Shown here: piece by piece, positions 1 through 10,364 of the stretch | Layout: every line of letters starts with the position of its first letter | Numbering within the stretch: position 1 is the first letter of the stretch | NCBI GenBank assembly: GCA_963785725.1 | Contig: CAWAWS010000002.1 | Coordinates: forward strand, 128,001-192,000 | Origin: an uncultured delta proteobacterium | Lineage (GTDB): Bacteria; Myxococcota_A; Polyangia; Palsa-1104 | Direction: 5' to 3' | Length of the DNA stretch: 64,000 bases | Made by a program: the position numbers and the translations under genes | The notes under the pieces: generated by a model | Databases searched by the model: none | Told to the model about the DNA's origin: nothing | Seen by the model: the letters and a program-made list of their open reading frames with translations, nothing else

Positions 1-157
1 GCCCAAAGCGGACTCTTATCGCGAGGCGTCGCGGCTCGTCGAGCTGGCGGTGCGCAAGCTGGCGCCGCAGGGCAGCGTCAACCGCGGCCCGGCGGCGGCG
101 CCGTCGACGGGCAAGCTCACCGCCGAGAGCGTCATGGCGCCGGAGGCGAGCGAATGA
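1..157 (+). CDS. 3' end of an upstream gene (partial, product unknown)
   Basis: Open frame 2 ([19 protein letters not shown]...EASE*); its TGA overlaps the next ATG (ATGA at 154-157). Confidence 0.6.
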   Translation, partial: PKADSYREASRLVELAVRKLAPQGSVNRGPAAAPSTGKLTAESVMAPEASE

Positions 158-1194
158 GCGTCGAAATCGTTCGGGCACCGGGCGCCAAGCAGCGCGTGCT
201 CGTCACCGGCGGCACCGGCTTCTTGGGCCGCTGGGTCGTCGACGAGCTCGTCCGCGCCGGCCACGGCGTGCGCGTCTTGGCGCGCGGCAGCTCGCCCACG
301 TTGAGCGAGCGCGGCGCCGAAGTCGTCATCGGCGACGTCGTCCGCGACATCGACCCGAGCGAGCATCCCGACGCCGTCACGCTGGCGCAGGCGCTCGAAG
401 GCTGCCACGCCCTGTTCCACCTGGCCGGCTTCGTATCGCGCGATCCCGGCGACGGGCAGCGCATGATGCGCGTGCACATCGAAGGCACGCGGCGCATTCT
501 CCAGGCGGCGAAGGCGGCCGGCGTGCGCCGCGTCGTGCTCGCGTCGACGTCGGGCACCATCGCCGTGTCGCGCGAGCCCGAAGTCCTCGACGAGCGCGCG
601 CCGACGCCGACCGAGATCGTCAGCGGCTGGCCCTATTATTTGTCCAAGATCTACCAAGAGCGGCTGGCGCTCGATCTCGGCGCGTCGCTCGGCCTCGAGG
701 TCGTCGTCGTCAATCCGACGTTGCTGCTCGGTCCCGGCGACGAGCGGCAGTCGTCGACCGGCGACGTCAAGCGCTTCTTGCGCCGCGAGATTCCGGTCGT
801 GCCCGAAGGCGGCGTCAGCTTCGTCGACGCGCGCGACGCCGCCCTGGCGACCGTGGCCGCGCTCGAGCACGGCCGCGCCGGCGAGCGCTACTTGCTCGGC
901 GGCCCCAACTGGACCTGCGCCGAATATTTCGGCCGCCTGCAGCGCGCGTCCAAAGTGCGCGCGCCGCTCTTGAAGCTGCCGCGCAAGCTGCAGCTGCGCG
1001 CCGCCTCGTTCATCGAGCACGCCTACAAGGCGCTCGACCGGCAGCCGCCCATCGAGCGCATCTCGGTCGAGATGGCCGACGTCTATTGGTGGTGCGACTC
1101 GTCGAAGGCCGAGCGCGAATTGGGGTTCGTCGCGCGCGATCCGGGCGAGACGCTCGACGACACCATCCGCGACTTGCGCACCCGCATGATCTGA
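154..1194 (+). CDS. NAD-dependent epimerase/dehydratase (dihydroflavonol-reductase-like extended SDR)
   Basis: [11 protein letters not shown]ossmann motif, YYLSK (YxxxK), VDARDAA. Confidence 0.9.
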   Translation: MSVEIVRAPGAKQRVLVTGGTGFLGRWVVDELVRAGHGVRVLARGSSPTLSERGAEVVIGDVVRDIDPSEHPDAVTLAQALEGCHALFHLAGFVSRDPGDGQRMMRVHIEGTRRILQAAKAAGVRRVVLASTSGTIAVSREPEVLDERAPTPTEIVSGWPYYLSKIYQERLALDLGASLGLEVVVVNPTLLLGPGDERQSSTGDVKRFLRREIPVVPEGGVSFVDARDAALATVAALEHGRAGERYLLGGPNWTCAEYFGRLQRASKVRAPLLKLPRKLQLRAASFIEHAYKALDRQPPIERISVEMADVYWWCDSSKAERELGFVARDPGETLDDTIRDLRTRMI

Positions 1195-1220
1195 TTCGGC
1201 AGCGGTGCTAAGTTAACGAA

Positions 1221-1427
1221 ATGCAGCGCTCGCCGCTCCTGACCGTCACCGTGCACTGCCCGCATTTCGATCGGCCGGTGCAAGCGCAGCGCAATGTCGC
1301 CATCGACCGGCTGTGCGCGTGCAGCGACAGCGCGCTCTGCCGCGATGACTCCAATCCGCCACCGGCCGGCGAGCACGCCCGACCGTTCCCGCACGGCTGC
1401 CCCGTCTTCCCGTCGCTGGCCAAGTAA
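1221..1427 (+). CDS. Small Cys-rich hypothetical protein (68 aa)
   Basis: Fills the gap between two + genes; 5 Cys; TGcTAAGTT -10-like box 6 nt before ATG. Confidence 0.6.
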   Translation: MQRSPLLTVTVHCPHFDRPVQAQRNVAIDRLCACSDSALCRDDSNPPPAGEHARPFPHGCPVFPSLAK

Positions 1428-1448
1428 ACAGCCGTTTACAAGCGCGCC

Positions 1449-1931
1449 ATGATCGTCATCGTCATGGGTCCGAGCGGCGCCGGCAAGAGCACCGTCGGAC
1501 GCGCGCTGGCCGCCACGCTCGGCTGGGAATTCCTCGAAGGCGACGACTATCACCCGCCCGCCAACGTCGCCAAGATGCAGCGCGGCCAGCCGCTCGACGA
1601 CGTCGACCGCGCGCCGTGGCTGGCGCGCCTCGTGAGCGAGATTCGCGTCCGCCTCGACGCCAACCGCGACGCCGTCCTGGCCTGCTCGGCGTTGAAGCGG
1701 GCCTATCAGCGGCAGCTCGTCGTCGACGATCGGGTGCGGCTGGTGAATCTGCGGGCGTCGCCGGCGCTGCTGGCCGAGCGGCTGGCGGCGCGCCAGGGTC
1801 ACTTCATGCCGCCGTCGCTGCTGGCGTCACAGCTGCAAACACTGGAGCCGCCCGAGCACGCCCTCGACGTCGACGCCGGCCAGCCGCTCGCCGACCTCGT
1901 GGGCCAGCTGCAGCAGGCACTAAAGTCTTAG
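1449..1931 (+). CDS. gntK: Gluconokinase (GntK/IdnK family)
   Basis: P-loop GPSGAGKS, EGDDYHPPANVAKM, ACSALK, GHFMP..LLASQ. Confidence 0.9.
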   Translation: MIVIVMGPSGAGKSTVGRALAATLGWEFLEGDDYHPPANVAKMQRGQPLDDVDRAPWLARLVSEIRVRLDANRDAVLACSALKRAYQRQLVVDDRVRLVNLRASPALLAERLAARQGHFMPPSLLASQLQTLEPPEHALDVDAGQPLADLVGQLQQALKS

Positions 1932-1937
1932 TCGCAG

Positions 1938-2805
1938 CTAGGCTTCGAGGAACGCGCGCAGCTCGCGGGCCAGCGCTTCCGGCTGATGCCGCTGCATCAT
2001 GTGGCCGGCGCCGGCGATCGTGACCTTCTTGGCCACCGGCAGATTCGCCTCACGCCGCGCCTGCTCCTCCGGCGCGTGCCGAAGCTGCGACTCGCCGCCC
2101 TCGACGAGCAGCGTCGGCGCCTTGACCCGCTGCCAAAAGCTGCGCGCGATGTCGAGGCTGAAAGCCGTAGGGCCCGGGCGTCGCGTGCAGCGGATCGTGC
2201 TTGAACCGCAGTCGACCGCCGAGCGCCGGCGCCGTGCCCTGCTCCGCCAGCCGCAGCGCCAACGGCCGCGCCAACAGCGGATCGTGCGCCATCAGCCGCT
2301 CCGCCGCCTCCTCGACCGACGCGTAGCTGCGCGGCGCCCGCTCGCGCGCCGACTTCCACGCCGCCAGCCACGTGTTGACGCGCTCGGGCATGGTCCCCGT
2401 CGACTCGGGCGGCCCCAATCCCTCGAGCAGCGCCAGCTTGTGCACGCGATCGGGATAGGCGCCCGCGTAATAGGCCGCGACGCTGCCGCCCATCGAATGG
2501 CCGACGATCGACAGCGTTCCCGTCGTCGTCAGCCCGATGAGCTCGTGCACGTCGGCCAGATAGTCGACGAAGTGGTAATAGCCGCCGGCGCCGACCCAGT
2601 CGCTGTCGCCGTGGCCGCGCAGGTCGGGCGCGACCAGCCTGAGCCCGCCGGCGCCGAGGCCCGCGTCGACGACCGCTTCCCAGCTCCAGGCGTGGTCGAG
2701 GAAGCCGTGCAGCAGCAAAACCGTGTGCTCGGCGTCGGCGCGGCCCCACTCGAGCACGTGATAAGCGAGGCCGGTCGGAAGCTGCAGCTTGCGGGACGCA
2801 GGCAT
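1938..2805 (-). CDS. Alpha/beta hydrolase with an apparent 1-base insertion near 2161
   Basis: LLHGFLD, DLRGHGDS, GHSMGG nucleophile elbow; the C-terminus (APTLLVEGGES...GAGHMMQRHQPE...LEA*) continues in another frame to TAG at 1938-1940. Confidence 0.85.
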
Positions 2806-2827
2806 CTTCCTTTACTAGTTATCAGGA

Positions 2828-3277
2828 ATGCCAACCGCGCGCGAGGAAGCGCAGCAAATCCTGACACTCGTGCGTGGCGAGGCGCTGGCCGCCTACGATC
2901 TCGTCGAGCGCCAACTGAGCGTGCTCGTCATGCGGACGCAGGTCATGTTGTCGCTCTCCGGCATCGTCGTCACCGTCACCGGCTTCTCCGGCCGCGCCAT
3001 CGCCGACACCAGCCAAGTGGCCCGCCTGTCGATCTCGGCCGGCATCCTCGTCGTGCTGGCGTCGGCGGCGGTGGCCATCGGCGGCGTGCTCAAGCTGCGC
3101 TGGATGACGCAAGAGCTGGGCAGCGACGACATCGTCGACATGCTGGCGCGCACCATCGTCGCGCGCGATAAAAAGGCGCGCTTCCTGGCGCTGTCGCTGA
3201 CGCTGTTCATCGTCGGCTTCGGGCTTTACTGTTTCGCCATCGCGCAGCTGCTGATGGCGGCGCGGCCGACGACCTAG
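2828..3277 (+). CDS. Hypothetical membrane protein (about 3 TM helices)
   Basis: Three hydrophobic segments; abuts the next gene. Confidence 0.75.
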   Translation: MPTAREEAQQILTLVRGEALAAYDLVERQLSVLVMRTQVMLSLSGIVVTVTGFSGRAIADTSQVARLSISAGILVVLASAAVAIGGVLKLRWMTQELGSDDIVDMLARTIVARDKKARFLALSLTLFIVGFGLYCFAIAQLLMAARPTT

Positions 3278-3835
3278 ATGGCGCTGCAGCCGACGCGCTA
3301 CGAGTTTCGCCTGACGCTGTCGCACGTCGATCGCGGGCTGGAAGCGGCCGAGACGCTCATCGCCGCGCGCCATCCGTCGGAGACGCAGCGCCACCTGACG
3401 TTGCGCATCTTGGCCTGGTGCCTCTTGCACGAGGAGGGTCTGCAGTTCGGCCCCGGCCTCTCGACGCCCGACACGGCCGACTTGTGGACGCACGACCTGA
3501 CCGGCCGGCTCACCAACTGGGTCGAATGCGGCACCATCCCCGGCGAGCGGCTGCGCAAGGCGCTCTTGCATCACACGGGCGCGCATAGCCACGTCGTGAC
3601 CGACGACGCCGAGGACGCGCGCGTCCTACTCGAGGAGCTCGCCGTCAAGAGCTGGCCGCGCGGCACGCCGGCGCCGATCGTGTGGACGATCGATCGCGCG
3701 CTCGTCGCCGACTTGGCCGCGCGTGAAGATCGCCGGCAGCGCTGGAGCGTCACCGTCGTCGGCGACCACTTCTACCTCGACGTCGACGGCAAAGCGCTCG
3801 ACGGCCCGATCGCACAGCAGGCGCTGAATACTTAG
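3278..3835 (+). CDS. yaeQ: YaeQ family protein
   Basis: LSHVDRG, ARHPSET, RILAWCL, GLSTPD.ADLW..DLTG...WVECG resemble YaeQ. Confidence 0.85.
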   Translation: MALQPTRYEFRLTLSHVDRGLEAAETLIAARHPSETQRHLTLRILAWCLLHEEGLQFGPGLSTPDTADLWTHDLTGRLTNWVECGTIPGERLRKALLHHTGAHSHVVTDDAEDARVLLEELAVKSWPRGTPAPIVWTIDRALVADLAAREDRRQRWSVTVVGDHFYLDVDGKALDGPIAQQALNT

Positions 3836-3847
3836 CGGCGGTGGCCG

Positions 3848-4423
3848 TTACGGCGAGTATTGCGCCCAGGGCAGCCAGAACGTGCACACGACCGGGCTGT
3901 TGACGTCGCCGGCCATGAAGTAGCCGTAGACGTGCGCGCTGTCGACCGCGCTGAGCACGAGCGTGTCGCCGTCGCAGTCGCTGCCGTTGCACAGGCCGTT
4001 GCCGTCCGGCGTCGACACGCTCTCGGCGCCTTGCGGATAGACGACGCCGTCGGGCGTGGCCGCGCCCACTTCGGCCGAGAACGTGTACGAGCCGGCGGCG
4101 ATGCTGGTGCCGCTGCCGAAGCGGCTGAGCGACAAGCTGCAGTTGGCGCTGTCGACGGTGGCGTTGAGCGTGAACGTGCCGCCGCTCAAGGCGCCGGTGT
4201 CATCATACGAGTTGATCAGCGTCGCCGTGCCCGACGGCACGCCGGGCCCGTAATGCACGTTCTGCGCGACGGTGACCTCCAGCTGCGGCGACGTCCAGGC
4301 CGTCGTGGTCGTCGTCGTGCCGCCGTCGGCGTTGTTCTGGAACAGCTGACAGCCGGGCAGCAGCGCCAGCGACAAGATGCTCGCGCCCGTCAGTCCAATG
4401 AACGAGGCCAACCGGTGTTGCAT
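3848..4423 (-). CDS. Hypothetical lipoprotein
   Basis: Signal peptide with lipobox LPGC; Thr-rich linker; several Cys. Confidence 0.75.
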   Translation of the reverse strand: MQHRLASFIGLTGASILSLALLPGCQLFQNNADGGTTTTTTAWTSPQLEVTVAQNVHYGPGVPSGTATLINSYDDTGALSGGTFTLNATVDSANCSLSLSRFGSGTSIAAGSYTFSAEVGAATPDGVVYPQGAESVSTPDGNGLCNGSDCDGDTLVLSAVDSAHVYGYFMAGDVNSPVVCTFWLPWAQYSP

Positions 4424-4579
4424 GCCCGAACGCTAGCACGCCGAACGAACCGATCAGCACCCTTTACACAGTCTTAAACATTCGCATTCAGTGACATATT
4501 GGCATTCGCTCGCGTCGCCTCGTTGACATGTGACTCCATATTGAGTTACTACGCGTCGTCGACGGCGAGGTCCCTTTCG

Positions 4580-6820
4580 TTGGCGTGGTTTCGCAGCGCG
4601 TTCCTGTTCGTGCTCGCCGTCGCGTGCGTCGGCTGCGGCGGCGCGTCGTCGGCGCGATGTCCGCTGACGGTGTGGTACCAGCCGTCGGCTTCAGCGGCCG
4701 CCGTGCCCGATGCGCTGGTGGGCTCGTGGGACCAATGGGCGCGGCCCGGCTTGCGCAGCTTTCGCAGCGTCACCGCCGCCGACGGCACCGAGTGGCGCAC
4801 GGCGACGATCGATCTGCCGCCCGGCACGTACCAATATGCCATCGTCGTCGGCGGCGCCGTCGTGCTCGACGCGCTCAATCCGCGCACGGCGTTCGTGACC
4901 GGCGACGGCGGCCTCTTCGGCGACGAAGTGTCGGAGGTGGAGCTGGCCGACTGTCGCGCGCCGACGCTCGCCGCCGTGTCCGCTGCCGCCGACGGTGACG
5001 CGCTCGTCGTCGCGGCCGATTTTCAGCCGGGCGCCGACGCGGTCGGGCTCGACGAAGGCTCGCTCGCCGCCGCCGTCACGCGCGGCGGCGCGGCCGTGGC
5101 GACCGCGGTGGCGCTGGCGCACGCGAGCGGCAGCGACGGCGTCGTGCATGTCACGGCGCGCGCACCGAGCCTGGCCGCCGGCAAATACACGCTGACCTTG
5201 ACCGCGCGCGATCGTCGCGGCCGCGCGCTCTCGGCCGCCGCCAGCGCGTTCGTCGCCACCGCCAACGCCGCCGCCGCCGCGCGCGGCGACGCCCTCGTCT
5301 ACCAAGTCATGATCGACCGCTTTGCCGGCCCCAACGGCGCGCTGGCGCCGCCGGCGTCACCCGGCGATCGCGCCGGCGGCACGCTCGACGGCGTCCGCGC
5401 CGCGCTCGACGCCGGCTACTTCGACGCGCTCGGCGTGACCACGCTGTGGCTGTCACCGGTCTACACCAATCCGACGATGGCCGAGCCGGGAACGGGCGGT
5501 CACCCCGTCGTCGCGTATCACGGCTATTGGCCCGACGCGCCGCGCACGGTCGATCCCTTGCTCGGCGGCGACGACGCCCTCGACGCGCTCATCGCCGACG
5601 CGCACGGCCGCGGCGTCCGCGTCATCCTCGACGTCGTCCCCAACCACGTCTTCGCCGACCACCCCTACTACGCCGAGCATTCGCGGCAGAACGTCGCCAT
5701 CGATCCCAACCCGACGGCGACGAGCGATCCCGGCACCATCAGCTGGTTCAACGACGGCCCCGGCCATTGCGTCTGCGGCGATCCCGGCTGCGATTGGGGC
5801 GCGAACATGGAGACCTGCTGGTTCGCCTCCTATTTGCCCGATCTCAACTGGCGCCATCCCGACGTGCTCGTCGCCGCGCCGGCGGATCTGGCGTGGTGGA
5901 TGACGCGCTTCGATCTCGACGGTCTGCGCCTCGATGCCGTGCCGATGATGCCGCGGGCCGCGACGCGCCACATCATGCACGCCGTCGGCAGCCTCATGTA
6001 TCGCGCGCCGATGGATCAGCTCGTCGTCGGCGAAATCTACACCGGCGCCGGCGACGCCGGCCGCGCGCAGATTCGCTACTACCTCGGCAGCGAGCTCGAC
6101 GGCCTCGACAGCGCCTTCGACTTCCCGCTCATGTGGTCGCTGCGCGACAACGTCGCGCACGGCGCGGCCAGCGGCTTCGCCGAGGTCGAGCAAGAGGTGG
6201 CCGCCGGCGCGGTCGCGTGGGCCGGCTCGGGCGCGACCATCGCGCACATGATCGGCAACCACGACACGACGCGCTTCGTGTCCGAGGCCAACGACGACGC
6301 CGACGGCGATCCGTGGTCGGCGCCACCGCCGCAGCCGACCGCGGTCACGCCGTATCGCATGCAGCTCTTGGCGTTGGCGTTCGTGCTGACGCTGCCGGGC
6401 ATTCCCGTCATTTACTATGGCGACGAAGTGGGCCTGGCCGGCGCCGGCGACCCCGACTCCCGCCGCGTCATGCCCGATCCGTCGACGCTGGCGCCGGCGC
6501 AGTCGCAGCTCTTGGCGACGGTGCAGCAGCTCGGCCGCGCGCGCCGCTGTTCGCCGGCCTTGCGCGGCAGCCGCACGGTCGCGCTCGCCGACGCCGACCA
6601 CGACGTCGCGCTCCTGCAGTCGGAAGCGGGCGCGAGCGCGATCGTCGTCCTCTCGCGCGCCGCCAACGACGCCACGCTCGACGTGCCCGGCCTGCCCGCC
6701 GGCCACTATCGCGACCTCCTGTCGACCGCCACGCTCGTTTCCGACGGCACCCACGCCACCGTCACCGCCGCTGCGCAGTCCGCCGCCCTCTATTTCCCGG
6801 AGAACGACTCATGTCTATGA
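4580..6820 (+). CDS. GH13 alpha-amylase family lipoprotein with N-terminal CBM48-like domain
   Basis: YHGYWP, DVVPNH, GLRLDAV (nucleophile), VGEIY (acid/base), GNHD, IYYGDE; lipobox-like CVGC; start placed at TTG 4580 (uncertain). Confidence 0.88.
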   Translation: MAWFRSAFLFVLAVACVGCGGASSARCPLTVWYQPSASAAAVPDALVGSWDQWARPGLRSFRSVTAADGTEWRTATIDLPPGTYQYAIVVGGAVVLDALNPRTAFVTGDGGLFGDEVSEVELADCRAPTLAAVSAAADGDALVVAADFQPGADAVGLDEGSLAAAVTRGGAAVATAVALAHASGSDGVVHVTARAPSLAAGKYTLTLTARDRRGRALSAAASAFVATANAAAAARGDALVYQVMIDRFAGPNGALAPPASPGDRAGGTLDGVRAALDAGYFDALGVTTLWLSPVYTNPTMAEPGTGGHPVVAYHGYWPDAPRTVDPLLGGDDALDALIADAHGRGVRVILDVVPNHVFADHPYYAEHSRQNVAIDPNPTATSDPGTISWFNDGPGHCVCGDPGCDWGANMETCWFASYLPDLNWRHPDVLVAAPADLAWWMTRFDLDGLRLDAVPMMPRAATRHIMHAVGSLMYRAPMDQLVVGEIYTGAGDAGRAQIRYYLGSELDGLDSAFDFPLMWSLRDNVAHGAASGFAEVEQEVAAGAVAWAGSGATIAHMIGNHDTTRFVSEANDDADGDPWSAPPPQPTAVTPYRMQLLALAFVLTLPGIPVIYYGDEVGLAGAGDPDSRRVMPDPSTLAPAQSQLLATVQQLGRARRCSPALRGSRTVALADADHDVALLQSEAGASAIVVLSRAANDATLDVPGLPAGHYRDLLSTATLVSDGTHATVTAAAQSAALYFPENDSCL

Positions 6821-8922
6821 CGCGGCTTCTTCATCTGTCGTTCTTGGCATTGCTGACGCCCTCGATGATCGCAGGCTGCGGCTCAGGCACGACCGATCCG
6901 ATCCCGACTCCGCCGTCGAACCCGTTCAACCCGGGCAATCCGACGACGAGCGGCTACGGCTCGGGCGCGGGCTCGGGCGGCAGCGCCGGCGGCGGCGGCT
7001 CGAGCGTGCCCGTCGGCCCGCCGCAGTGTGATCCGTCGCTGCGCCGCTGTCCGCACACGTTCACGTACGCCGGCTCGTCGACGCTGCCGCTCACCGGCAA
7101 AGAGTCGTCGGTGACGCTCATCGGCGACTATCGCGCGGATTCGTGGACGAACGGCGACGCCATGACGCTCGCCGCCGGCACCTGGTCCGTCACCGTCGCC
7201 GTGCCTTACGACGCGCAGACGACCTACAAATTCCACATCGCCTACAGCGACGGCACCGCCGACGCTTACGTGCCCGATCCGAACAATCCCGTGACCATCC
7301 CCGACGGCTTCGGCGGCCTCAACTCGATCTATATGGGCACCACCTGCGACACGTGGACCTGCGCGTCGACGCAGATCGCCTGCGCGCAGGCGCCGCTCGC
7401 CGCCGGCTCGTTCGACTGGCGCGACGCCGTCATCTATTGGGCCTTCATCGACCGCTTCGCCAACGGCAACCCGGCGAACGACAAACCGATCGTCGACAGC
7501 CGCCTGCAGACGGCCACCAACTGGCAAGGCGGCGATTGGGCCGGCCTGACCGCCAAAGTCACGAGCGGCTACTTCGCGGCGCTCGGCGTCAACGCCATCT
7601 GGATCTCGGTGCCCGTCGACAACGCCGAATCGGTCGGCCAAGGCACCGAAGGCGACACCAATTGGTACACCGGCTATCACGGCTATTGGCCACGCGACTT
7701 GACGATCACCGAATCGCGCTTCGGCAGCGACGCCGACTTGAAGGCGCTCATCGCCGCCGCGCACGCCGCCGGCATCAAGATCATCGTCGACTACGCCATG
7801 AACCACGTGCATCAAGACTCGCCCATCTGGCAGGCGCACGAGACCGACGGCTGGTTCAACCCGCTCATGCAAAACGGCGAGACCTGCGTGTGCAACGGCA
7901 TCGCCAACGACGCCTGCAACTACGACGGCAGCCTCGGCAAGTCGTGCTGGTTCGCCGACTACCTGCCCGACTGGAACTTCTTGAACGCCGACGCGCGCGC
8001 TTACGTCGTCGACAACGCGGTCTCGTGGATCACCAATTACGGCTTCGACGGCTTTCGCCTCGACGCCATCAAGCAGATCGAGCCGATCTGGCTGAGCGAC
8101 TTCCGCGCCGCGCTGCTGGCGAAAGTGGAAGCGACGACGCAGCAGCACATCTACTTGGTCGGCGAGACGTTCTCGGGCGATCGCGATCTCATCAAGTCGT
8201 TCGTCTCGCCGTGCACGATGCTCGACGGCCAGTTCGACTTCCCGCTGCGCGCGCAGCTCGACCAAAACGTCCTCATGCGCCAGGGCGCGATGACCGACCT
8301 CGTCAGCTTCATGGACTCGAACACCGGCTATTACGGCACCAGCGTCATGTCGACGTTCCTCGGCAACCACGATGTCCCGCGCTCGATCCACTTCGCCGAG
8401 GACACGCCCGAGTGGACCGACGTTTGGGCCGACGGCAAAGATCGCAACTTCGCCAACCAGCCGGTGCAGCCGACGGCGCAGAATCCCTACGATCGCATGG
8501 CGACGGCGTTCGCGATCTTGATGACGAACCAAGGCGCGCCGATGATTTACTACGGCGACGAAGTGGGCTTGGCGGGCGCGGGCGATCCCGACAATCGCCG
8601 CTTCATGCCGGCGCCGTCGACGTATTCGGCGGTGCAGCAGTCGCTGCTCGCGAAGATGCAGAAGCTGGGCGCGATTCGCGCGGCGCACACGGCGCTCAGG
8701 CGCGGCGATCGCACGACCTTGTCGAGCGACGCCGACAGCTGGGTCTATCGCATGGCCGACGGCAGCGACACCGTCTACGTCGCGGTCAATCGCAGCGACG
8801 CGGCCAAGACCGTCGGCGGCTTGCCGGCGAGCGCGCTCACCGATCAAATGACCGGCAATGCGTTGGCCGGCCCGTCGGTCACGGTGCCGGCGCGCGGCGT
8901 GCTCGTCTTGACCGCGCCCTAG
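6817..8922 (+). CDS. GH13 alpha-amylase family lipoprotein with N-terminal CBM-like domain
   Basis: Lipobox IAGC; FIDRFANG, YHGYWP, GFRLDAIK, VGETF, GNHD, IYYGDE; ATGA overlap with the upstream stop. Confidence 0.9.
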   Translation: MTRLLHLSFLALLTPSMIAGCGSGTTDPIPTPPSNPFNPGNPTTSGYGSGAGSGGSAGGGGSSVPVGPPQCDPSLRRCPHTFTYAGSSTLPLTGKESSVTLIGDYRADSWTNGDAMTLAAGTWSVTVAVPYDAQTTYKFHIAYSDGTADAYVPDPNNPVTIPDGFGGLNSIYMGTTCDTWTCASTQIACAQAPLAAGSFDWRDAVIYWAFIDRFANGNPANDKPIVDSRLQTATNWQGGDWAGLTAKVTSGYFAALGVNAIWISVPVDNAESVGQGTEGDTNWYTGYHGYWPRDLTITESRFGSDADLKALIAAAHAAGIKIIVDYAMNHVHQDSPIWQAHETDGWFNPLMQNGETCVCNGIANDACNYDGSLGKSCWFADYLPDWNFLNADARAYVVDNAVSWITNYGFDGFRLDAIKQIEPIWLSDFRAALLAKVEATTQQHIYLVGETFSGDRDLIKSFVSPCTMLDGQFDFPLRAQLDQNVLMRQGAMTDLVSFMDSNTGYYGTSVMSTFLGNHDVPRSIHFAEDTPEWTDVWADGKDRNFANQPVQPTAQNPYDRMATAFAILMTNQGAPMIYYGDEVGLAGAGDPDNRRFMPAPSTYSAVQQSLLAKMQKLGAIRAAHTALRRGDRTTLSSDADSWVYRMADGSDTVYVAVNRSDAAKTVGGLPASALTDQMTGNALAGPSVTVPARGVLVLTAP

Positions 8923-8959
8923 CTGTACCGCTGCAGTCGATGCTGCTAGTGTACCGGCC

Positions 8960-9655
8960 ATGCCGACACTCGCCGGGCGCGTTTATGTCGTCACCGGAGC
9001 CAGCGGCGCCATCGCCACACCGATCGTCCGCGCGTTGGCCGCGGCCGGCACCAAGCTGGCGCTCGTCGATCGCACGGCGCACGCCGAGCCCGCCCAAAGC
9101 CTAGGCGCGCTGGCGATTGCCGCCGACCTCGCGACGACGGCCGGCGCCCAGCAGATGGCGTCCACGGTCGTCGACCGCTTCGGCCACATCGACGGGCTCA
9201 TCCACACCGTCGGCGCCTTCGCCATGGGCCACGTCGTCGACAGCGACGCGCAGCTCTACGATCGCATGTTCGACGCCAACGTCCGCAGCCTCTTCAACGT
9301 CTTGCAGGCCGTCGTCCCCGGCATGCTCGCGCGCGGCGACGGCTTCGTGTGCGGCTTCTCGTCCGAGCCCGGCTGGACCGGCCGCGCGCCCGGCTCGGCG
9401 CTCTACGGCGCCGCGAAATCGGCCGCCACGTCGTTGTTGCGCTCGCTCGATGCCGAGGTGCGTAACAGCCAGCTCGGCGTGTGCATCGTATTTCCGATGG
9501 GCGTCGTCGATACTCCCGCCAACCGTCGCGATATGCCCGGGGCCGATCCGAAAACGTGGATCGATCCCGAGGAGATCGCCGCGTCGATCGTGCATGCGGC
9601 GACGCGCAGCCCGCGCGGAAGGCTCTCCGACCTCCCCATCCATCCCCCGAGGTAA
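8960..9655 (+). CDS. Short-chain dehydrogenase/reductase
   Basis: VTGASGAIA, YGAAK, VDTPANR. Confidence 0.88.
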   Translation: MPTLAGRVYVVTGASGAIATPIVRALAAAGTKLALVDRTAHAEPAQSLGALAIAADLATTAGAQQMASTVVDRFGHIDGLIHTVGAFAMGHVVDSDAQLYDRMFDANVRSLFNVLQAVVPGMLARGDGFVCGFSSEPGWTGRAPGSALYGAAKSAATSLLRSLDAEVRNSQLGVCIVFPMGVVDTPANRRDMPGADPKTWIDPEEIAASIVHAATRSPRGRLSDLPIHPPR

Positions 9656-9671
9656 ACTGTACCGTGATGGC

Positions 9672-10355
9672 ATGATGCGCTCCGTTTCGCTTGTCTTATT
9701 GTTGTCCGTGGCAGTCGGTGGTCGCGCTTTCGCTCAGGAATCGGCCGCGCCGCCAAGCACGCCCGCGCCGGCGGCGGCGCCGAGTGACGGCAGCACCGCC
9801 GCCGCGCCCGCCGCCAAAGGCAGCGACCTCGACTTCAACCTCTTCGGCGACGAGAAGAAGAAGTCACCGCTCGACGAAGCGCGCGAAGCCGATCGACTGG
9901 CGCGGCTCGAGCGCGCCGTGCGCTTGCGCCGCAAGCTGCTCATCGCGCACCAGATCCTCGGCTTCGCCACGCTCGCCGCCGTCGCTGCCACCGACGTCCT
10001 CGGCCAGCTCAACTACGACGACAAGTACACCAAGTCGGGCAGCGACACCGGCAAGTTCTACAACACGCACGAGGATCTCGGCATCATCACCACCGCGCTC
10101 TTCGCGACGACGGGCGTGCTCGCGCTGGTGGCGCCCAATCCCTATCCGAAGCCGATCAAATTCGACGCCGCGCTCGTGCACAAAGCGTCGATGGCGGCGG
10201 CGGCGGCCTGCTTGCTCCTGCAGATCGTGCTCGGCCCGATTACCGCCTCACGCGACGGCAAGGCCGATCAGCGCGACCTCGTCGTCACGCACCTCGTGTC
10301 CGGTTACGCCATGTTCGCGTTCATGTCGGCTGGAACCTTGGCTTACGTCTTTTAA
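9672..10355 (+). CDS. Membrane protein with signal peptide and four His-bearing helices (possible di-heme cytochrome b)
   Basis: Signal peptide ending AFA-Q; hydrophobic segments start at IAHQ, NTHE, LVHK and VTHL. Confidence 0.7.
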   Translation: MMRSVSLVLLLSVAVGGRAFAQESAAPPSTPAPAAAPSDGSTAAAPAAKGSDLDFNLFGDEKKKSPLDEAREADRLARLERAVRLRRKLLIAHQILGFATLAAVAATDVLGQLNYDDKYTKSGSDTGKFYNTHEDLGIITTALFATTGVLALVAPNPYPKPIKFDAALVHKASMAAAAACLLLQIVLGPITASRDGKADQRDLVVTHLVSGYAMFAFMSAGTLAYVF

Positions 10356-10364
10356 GGAATAACC

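Noticed and set aside
4523..4552. TTGACA promoter upstream of the amylases
   Set aside because: The -35 is perfect but there is no convincing -10 at 16-18 bp spacing
5446..6816. N-terminal extension of the 1158-aa ORF as one giant amylase
   Set aside because: It is an Arg-rich off-frame overlap of the upstream amylase; the real start with a lipoprotein signal is at 6811/6817
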